Virus record (IMG/VR): IMGVR_UViG_3300016464_000385
DNA: 64,000 nucleotides
Reading direction: 5' to 3' (one strand)
Source: an uncultured virus (IMG/VR IMGVR_UViG_3300016464_000385)
Lineage: Duplodnaviria; Heunggongvirae; Uroviricota; Caudoviricetes
Below, one piece after another: positions 59,181 to 64,000 of this stretch. Made by a program: the position numbers and the translations under genes. The notes below the pieces were generated by a model. The model was not told where the DNA came from, ran no database searches, and saw only the letters and a list, made by a program, of their open reading frames with translations. Each line of letters begins with the position of its first letter. Positions within the stretch are counted from its first letter, which is position 1.

Positions 59181-62100
59181 ATGTCAATATCAACAGTTCT
59201 GAATCAAATTAAAAACGTCAATCGAGATTTTCATGTAAATCCTTCTGCGCCGATAAACATAAATTTATCAGAAGGGTCTATGTTGCCAAATCAAAACGAG
59301 GGCATTTCGGAAATTAAATCGGAAATTAGAGATTTAAGGACTACTATTGATAATAATTTATTTGGAATAAATTTACAATTAAACCAAATGAGAAATGTGT
59401 CAGGAGCGCAAAGCGACATACAAAACGTACAACAATTGAGTGGATCTACTATTGCTTCCGATATAGCATCAATGAGAGAAGATATTAATTCTATGGCAAG
59501 AAGAAGCGATTCATCATCAACAGCAGTAAAAGAGAACGATCAAGGGTTTTCTTGGATGAATGCTTTAAATGTTGCTGGTAGTGTTGCTACAATAGGAACA
59601 TTAATATCTAAATTTGTTGATCTTAATGCCGTATTCAAGGATATAAAAAATTCTATTGGCGGAATTATAGAAAATCTAACAAATGAGGGTTCCGGAGGTC
59701 TATTAGGCGGATTAAAGGAAATGATAAGAAAATCTTTTTCTGATTTTTTTAGCGAATTAAAATCGGATTTAGAAAATTTTAAAATACAGCCTTATATAGA
59801 AAATTTTAAAAAGGAACTTGAAAAATTTAGTATAAAAGATATTCTTTCTTCGCCAATTAAATCAATAGAAAATTCTTTATCTGAAATTTCCGGTATTGAT
59901 TTTACCGGAACTCTTTCTAACGTAAGGGACGAAATATCAAGAATTAATTTTAAAGAAGATGTATTCAAACCAATGTTTGATTCTTTAAATAAAGTTTTTA
60001 TAGAATTATTTGATGTAGATCTAAAAAGAAGTTTAAAAAGTTTTGTACAAATTATAGACAATACATCTGAAATTATGAAGAAATCTTTGGTAAGTTTTGG
60101 GAAAATTTTAGACGATATTTCTCTAAAGATTTACGAGATAACTAATCCAATTGATAATATGATGTACAATAGAAATAGAAGCATTTCTCAAGATCCTTTT
60201 TATCCAGATTTCGTCAGAAATTCAGCTATGGGTAGAATGGAAGAAATGAGAAGGTCTGGGGATGCTCCTCCTGAAAGACGTTTCGAGCAAGAAGCTGCGA
60301 ATTTACTGTACTCAACTCCTTCAGCAATGAGTCCGGCTCAAAGAGAAAGATGGGCCGCTAAAAACCCAGAACTTGCTGGAGGATTTTCGACTCCGGCTCC
60401 AACAGGAACTCCAGCACCAGCAACCACTGCGACAGCTTCAGGAACTCCAGCACCAGCAGGAAACTTAACTCCCGGAACATCTTCTAAAAACTTATCCAGG
60501 TATACTAGCGGAAATGCAGATATATCGAAACTTAATCCAGATTTTGCGGAAAAATTAGCAGCCTTTCTAGATAGTGCTCGTGCAGAAAATAAACAAATAA
60601 GAATATTTTCAGCATATAGATCACCAGAACACCAGAAAGAATTATTTGATAAAGCTGTTAAAAAATATGGTTCTGAAGCAAAGGCGAGGAAATGGGTTGC
60701 TCCTCCTGGAAAATCTAATCACAATAAAGGGTTGGCAGCAGATTTAAGATTTTTAAGTTCTGGATCAAAAGAGTGGGCGCATTCTAATGCAAATAAATTC
60801 GGTCTAGTTTTCAGAATGAGTTATGAACCTTGGCATATTGAGCCAATAAATGCTAGTTCAATGTCTGATGGGGTAGAAGAAAGAGGTATTTTTGGACATG
60901 AAGCGAGTTCTCCAGAAAGCGAACCAGAAACTGCAAATAGAGAAAGCGGATTGCTTGCTTCCGCTTCTTTATTTTTAGGCTCTGTAATAAAACCAGCGCT
61001 TGCATTTGATGAAAGAAGTCAAATGACTCCTGGAGTATTCGGCGTTGATAATGATACAGCCCAAAGAACTCCGCAACAAGAAACTTCCGATACTCCTGTG
61101 GGAACAGCCGTCCCTGAATCTGCAACATCTCCAGATTCAAAAAAACCTTTATCAGCTTTTGGTCCAGTTAATCAAGAATTTGCGGATGCTATTAATAGAA
61201 TATCTAAAAAATACGATTTAGATCCAAAAGAGTTAGCTTCTGTTATTGCATCAGAAAGCGGATTTAATCCTAAAGCCAGTAATGAAAAAAGCAAAGCTGC
61301 TGGATTAATACAATTTATGCCAAGTACCGCTAAAGATTTAGGTACTACTACAGAAAAGATATTAAAAATGTCTGCAGCCGAACAAATGGAACTTGTTGAT
61401 AAATTTTTCTCTAAAAATAATCTTCCAAGAGGGGCAGATGCAGCGACAATATATGCTACGATAGTTGCTCCAGCTAGAAAGAATGAGGAAATTTTATACA
61501 AAAAAGGAACCGGATCATACGAACAGAATATAGGATTGGATGTAGATAAAAGCGGAGACATATCTAAATCCGATTTAAATAAAACTTTATACGCTAAAGG
61601 AAAAGAATATAATGTTCCAGGAATGGGCGGTGGAATTTTTAATAAATTAGCTGGAGCTGTTGAATCAGGAATTAATACTATAGCCAAGTTAATTTCAGGA
61701 ACAGCAAATGCAGCAGGAACTGAAACCGATCAAGGTTCAGAATTTTCTATACAAAATATGATAAAAGAGGGGATAAAATTTGCTGAAGGTACTGATATAA
61801 AAGGTACATTGTCAGAACTTTACGGTAAAACTGTAGGGTTTTTAGGAGAAGGTTACGATAAAACCAAAAATTATTTAACTAAAGAAAATCAAGATAAAAT
61901 AAAATCTCTAAGAGAAAAAGCTGAAGAATTAAGAAAATCCGGAGACATCAAACGAGCAGAAATTTACGAAAACGCTGCTAACAGATTAGAAAAAAGAAAA
62001 GAAGAAGGCTCGTTTAATTTAAACGATGCACTTCAAACTGGATTGACCGGATCTATGTTAGGTTCTTTAGGGAAAGATATATCAGAAGGAATAGAAGGCT

Positions 62101-62807
62101 TTTCGTCATTCAAAGAATTATATTCTGGAGATAGCAAAGAAAGCGAAAGGTTTAGAAAAGAAATCGCAAAAATTGTATCGTTGGATAAAGCAGAACCCCT
62201 TATAGACAAAGGGAAAGAATTAATGGCTGCTGGAAAAACTAAACTTGCTGAACTATGGGAATCTTTATCTAATCAATACGAAATGTTTAAAAAGAATCCA
62301 TCAGAATCAATAAAAAAATTAAAAGAAACTGCAAAAAATTTATTTGATAAAGGGGAAAAAGAAGCGGCTGAAATATATAATCAGTTTATACAGAAACTTG
62401 AAGAATTTAAATCTTCAGGAACTGCGGAAAAAATAAAAGATAAAGCGGTAAATTTCATTACAGGAGATTCTTATAAAACTATTCAAGAAGCATTCGGTTC
62501 TGTTGGAGGAGCGCTTTCTTCTATGATGGAAGGAACTGAGGATTTTACTAAAGCAGTTCAAGGAAATTTCCTTTCGCTTCCAATTTCTACATTACCAAAA
62601 GGAGCCGAAAACGCTACAGGAAATGCTCCGATAATTAATATGATTGCTGGACAAACTCAAACAGCGCCTCAAACACCTGTAGTAGTCTCAGGGGGGGGAG
62701 GAGGATCTTCATCAAATCCAGAATATGCTATTCGTAACGAAGATCCAGCTTTCTTAAAGATTTTATATGCTGACTATAATACTGGGGTTTCTTCTTTACT
62801 TGGATAA
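59181..62807 (+). CDS. Tape-measure-like protein (gp29 position) with M15 peptidase and lytic transglycosylase domains
   Basis: Long helical N- and C-terminal regions; 'SAYRS...APPGKSNHNKGLAADL...EPWH' (VanY/M15) and 'IASESGFNP...AAGLIQFMPSTA' (SLT-like). Confidence 0.8.
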   Translation: MSISTVLNQIKNVNRDFHVNPSAPININLSEGSMLPNQNEGISEIKSEIRDLRTTIDNNLFGINLQLNQMRNVSGAQSDIQNVQQLSGSTIASDIASMREDINSMARRSDSSSTAVKENDQGFSWMNALNVAGSVATIGTLISKFVDLNAVFKDIKNSIGGIIENLTNEGSGGLLGGLKEMIRKSFSDFFSELKSDLENFKIQPYIENFKKELEKFSIKDILSSPIKSIENSLSEISGIDFTGTLSNVRDEISRINFKEDVFKPMFDSLNKVFIELFDVDLKRSLKSFVQIIDNTSEIMKKSLVSFGKILDDISLKIYEITNPIDNMMYNRNRSISQDPFYPDFVRNSAMGRMEEMRRSGDAPPERRFEQEAANLLYSTPSAMSPAQRERWAAKNPELAGGFSTPAPTGTPAPATTATASGTPAPAGNLTPGTSSKNLSRYTSGNADISKLNPDFAEKLAAFLDSARAENKQIRIFSAYRSPEHQKELFDKAVKKYGSEAKARKWVAPPGKSNHNKGLAADLRFLSSGSKEWAHSNANKFGLVFRMSYEPWHIEPINASSMSDGVEERGIFGHEASSPESEPETANRESGLLASASLFLGSVIKPALAFDERSQMTPGVFGVDNDTAQRTPQQETSDTPVGTAVPESATSPDSKKPLSAFGPVNQEFADAINRISKKYDLDPKELASVIASESGFNPKASNEKSKAAGLIQFMPSTAKDLGTTTEKILKMSAAEQMELVDKFFSKNNLPRGADAATIYATIVAPARKNEEILYKKGTGSYEQNIGLDVDKSGDISKSDLNKTLYAKGKEYNVPGMGGGIFNKLAGAVESGINTIAKLISGTANAAGTETDQGSEFSIQNMIKEGIKFAEGTDIKGTLSELYGKTVGFLGEGYDKTKNYLTKENQDKIKSLREKAEELRKSGDIKRAEIYENAANRLEKRKEEGSFNLNDALQTGLTGSMLGSLGKDISEGIEGFSSFKELYSGDSKESERFRKEIAKIVSLDKAEPLIDKGKELMAAGKTKLAELWESLSNQYEMFKKNPSESIKKLKETAKNLFDKGEKEAAEIYNQFIQKLEEFKSSGTAEKIKDKAVNFITGDSYKTIQEAFGSVGGALSSMMEGTEDFTKAVQGNFLSLPISTLPKGAENATGNAPIINMIAGQTQTAPQTPVVVSGGGGGSSSNPEYAIRNEDPAFLKILYADYNTGVSSLLG

Positions 62808-62810
62808 AAT

Positions 62811-62832
62811 CGAGGGGGATTTATCCCCCTCG
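62811..62832. terminator. Hairpin terminator between convergent tape-measure and gp32 genes
   Basis: CGAGGGGGA-TTTA-TCCCCCTCG perfect inverted repeat. Confidence 0.85.
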
Positions 62833-62841
62833 TATTAGTTT

Positions 62842-63735
62842 TTATTCATCTTCTAGAAGTTTAGAAAAGTAATCCAAATCATCATCAGATTCATCCGAAT
62901 TAAATACGGATTCTACTTCTCTTTCTTTATCTTCAATCCTTTGAGCCTTAACAGCTTCAAAAGTATTTGACCTAGAAACGGTTGGAGAAGTTACTCCAAG
63001 AACTCTATCTAGGCGAGTCTTCAACTCATCATAAGTCTTGAAATTTTTCTTATCAAGAATATCTTTCAAAGAATGTTCTTTTTTCCATATAGCTTCCATT
63101 TTATCGTCGTCATCAAACAAAGGACCGCTAGAATCAAATTCTGAAAGGTCATAATTTTGATATCCGTCTACCTTACGAATCTTTAGTTTGAAGTTTGCGC
63201 CGTTCCAAAAATCAAAAGGATCAATTGCAGTATCATCTTCGAACTGAGGATTCATTGCCTGAGTAATCTTTTCAAAGATCTTCTTCCCATAACGGAAAAG
63301 TTTAACTTGACCTTCGTTTTCTGGATTCTTAGGATCCTTAATGATATAGATATTAGAAACGTAATGTAAACGACGTTTTTGTTTACGAGCAATTTCTTTA
63401 TTAGCTTCAATACCAGTAGCCCAAAGTTCTGAGTTATACTCACCCAGAGGATCTTTTTCATTAATTGAAGTTAGAGACTTTTCGATATACCAACCACCTG
63501 GACCTTGGAACCCGTGATCATAATACTTAACCCAAGGAAGTCCATCACCTTCATCAACAGGAGGAGAAGGAAGAAATCGGATAACTGCATATCCGTTAGA
63601 AGATTTATCTAGTTCGCACTTCCAGTACTTATCGTCGTCCGAATTATAATTAGAAGAACTCATAGACTCAACTGCCTTAGACAGTTTCTCGAGACTGGAA
63701 CCAGAAGATCTTTTTAGATTAGAAAAACTTGACAT
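62842..63735 (-). CDS. gp32: Single-stranded DNA-binding protein (gp32)
   Basis: 'NGYAVIRFLP', 'HGFQGPGGWYIE', 'FRYGKKIFEKI', 'PFDFWNGANFKLKIRKV', acidic tail 'DDDLDYFSKLLEDE'. Confidence 0.97.
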   Translation of the reverse strand: MSSFSNLKRSSGSSLEKLSKAVESMSSSNYNSDDDKYWKCELDKSSNGYAVIRFLPSPPVDEGDGLPWVKYYDHGFQGPGGWYIEKSLTSINEKDPLGEYNSELWATGIEANKEIARKQKRRLHYVSNIYIIKDPKNPENEGQVKLFRYGKKIFEKITQAMNPQFEDDTAIDPFDFWNGANFKLKIRKVDGYQNYDLSEFDSSGPLFDDDDKMEAIWKKEHSLKDILDKKNFKTYDELKTRLDRVLGVTSPTVSRSNTFEAVKAQRIEDKEREVESVFNSDESDDDLDYFSKLLEDE

Positions 63736-63802
63736 ATATATTTACCTCGTATAACAGTGTATAACAACTTAAAACAACTTATCCAAAAACGCATAATATA
63801 TT

Positions 63803-64000
63803 TTATTTAGCGTACTTTTTAATTTCCATCTTAAGAATTTCTTTCATTTTAGTTTGATCAAATTTCACGAAAGGAAAATATTTGATACATTTCAAACGAA
63901 AGTCTTTCCAAATAAGATCGTCCTTGATCTTATTATCCCACACACCAAAGAATTGTAATATAGAATTTAAAATAAGTAAAGTCTCTATCTTAATTTTGTT
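63803..64000 (-). CDS. gp59: Helicase loader (gp59), C-terminal fragment cut by the window edge
   Basis: Hand translation 'NKIKIETLLILNSILQFFGVWDNKIKDDLIWKDFRLKCIKYFPFVKFD...'; lies directly upstream of gp32 as in T4. Confidence 0.8.
   Translation of the reverse strand, partial: NKIKIETLLILNSILQFFGVWDNKIKDDLIWKDFRLKCIKYFPFVKFDQTKMKEILKMEIKKYAK

Noticed and set aside
62691..62698. G8 homopolymer near the tape-measure 3' end as a phase-variation site
   Set aside because: In frame within a Gly linker (SGGGGGS); no evidence of length variation from one sequence
1..64000. Stop-codon reassignment or tRNA genes
   Set aside because: Core genes are intact in the standard code with TAA, TAG and TGA all used as stops; no tRNA cloverleaf seen in the few intergenic spaces

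Overview
AT-rich (about 30% GC by eye) segment of a large T4-like myophage genome. Gene order resembles cyanophage/freshwater T4-like phages rather than T4 itself; the host cannot be assigned from this window. From left to right: (1) the end of a plus-strand thymidine-hypermodification-type cluster (amidoligase-like protein, low-molecular-weight phosphatase, aGPT-Pplase2-like transferase, P-loop kinase); (2) the minus-strand head/tail/packaging/neck module gp23-22-21-core proteins-20-19-18-17-16-15-14-13, with an M15 endolysin-like gene among the head genes; (3) an accessory block of about 9 kb encoding ADP-heptose epimerase, TPR/GT9-like glycosyltransferase, methyltransferase, CxxCxxCC protein, sulfotransferase, a probable 2OG-Fe(II) oxygenase and three RCC1-repeat proteins; (4) repeat-rich fibres, a VrlC-like protein and baseplate genes gp8-7-6-25-hub-53-48; (5) plus-strand gp4-2-54-26-51-tape measure; (6) gp32 and the end of gp59. 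T4 late promoters (TATAAATA) are readable at several operon starts. The most interesting signals are a roughly 380-nt ORF-poor, hairpin-rich element with its own late promoter between gp18 and gp17 (candidate structured ncRNA with a possible pseudoknot), a probable -1 frameshift joining gp26 to gp51 just before the tape measure, and a late-expressed candidate virion-decoration (heptosylation/sulfation/methylation) system next to Asn/Ser/Thr-rich fibres. All assignments come from motif recognition and synteny by eye; no searches were run. There is one assembly gap of 215 N at 34388-34602.
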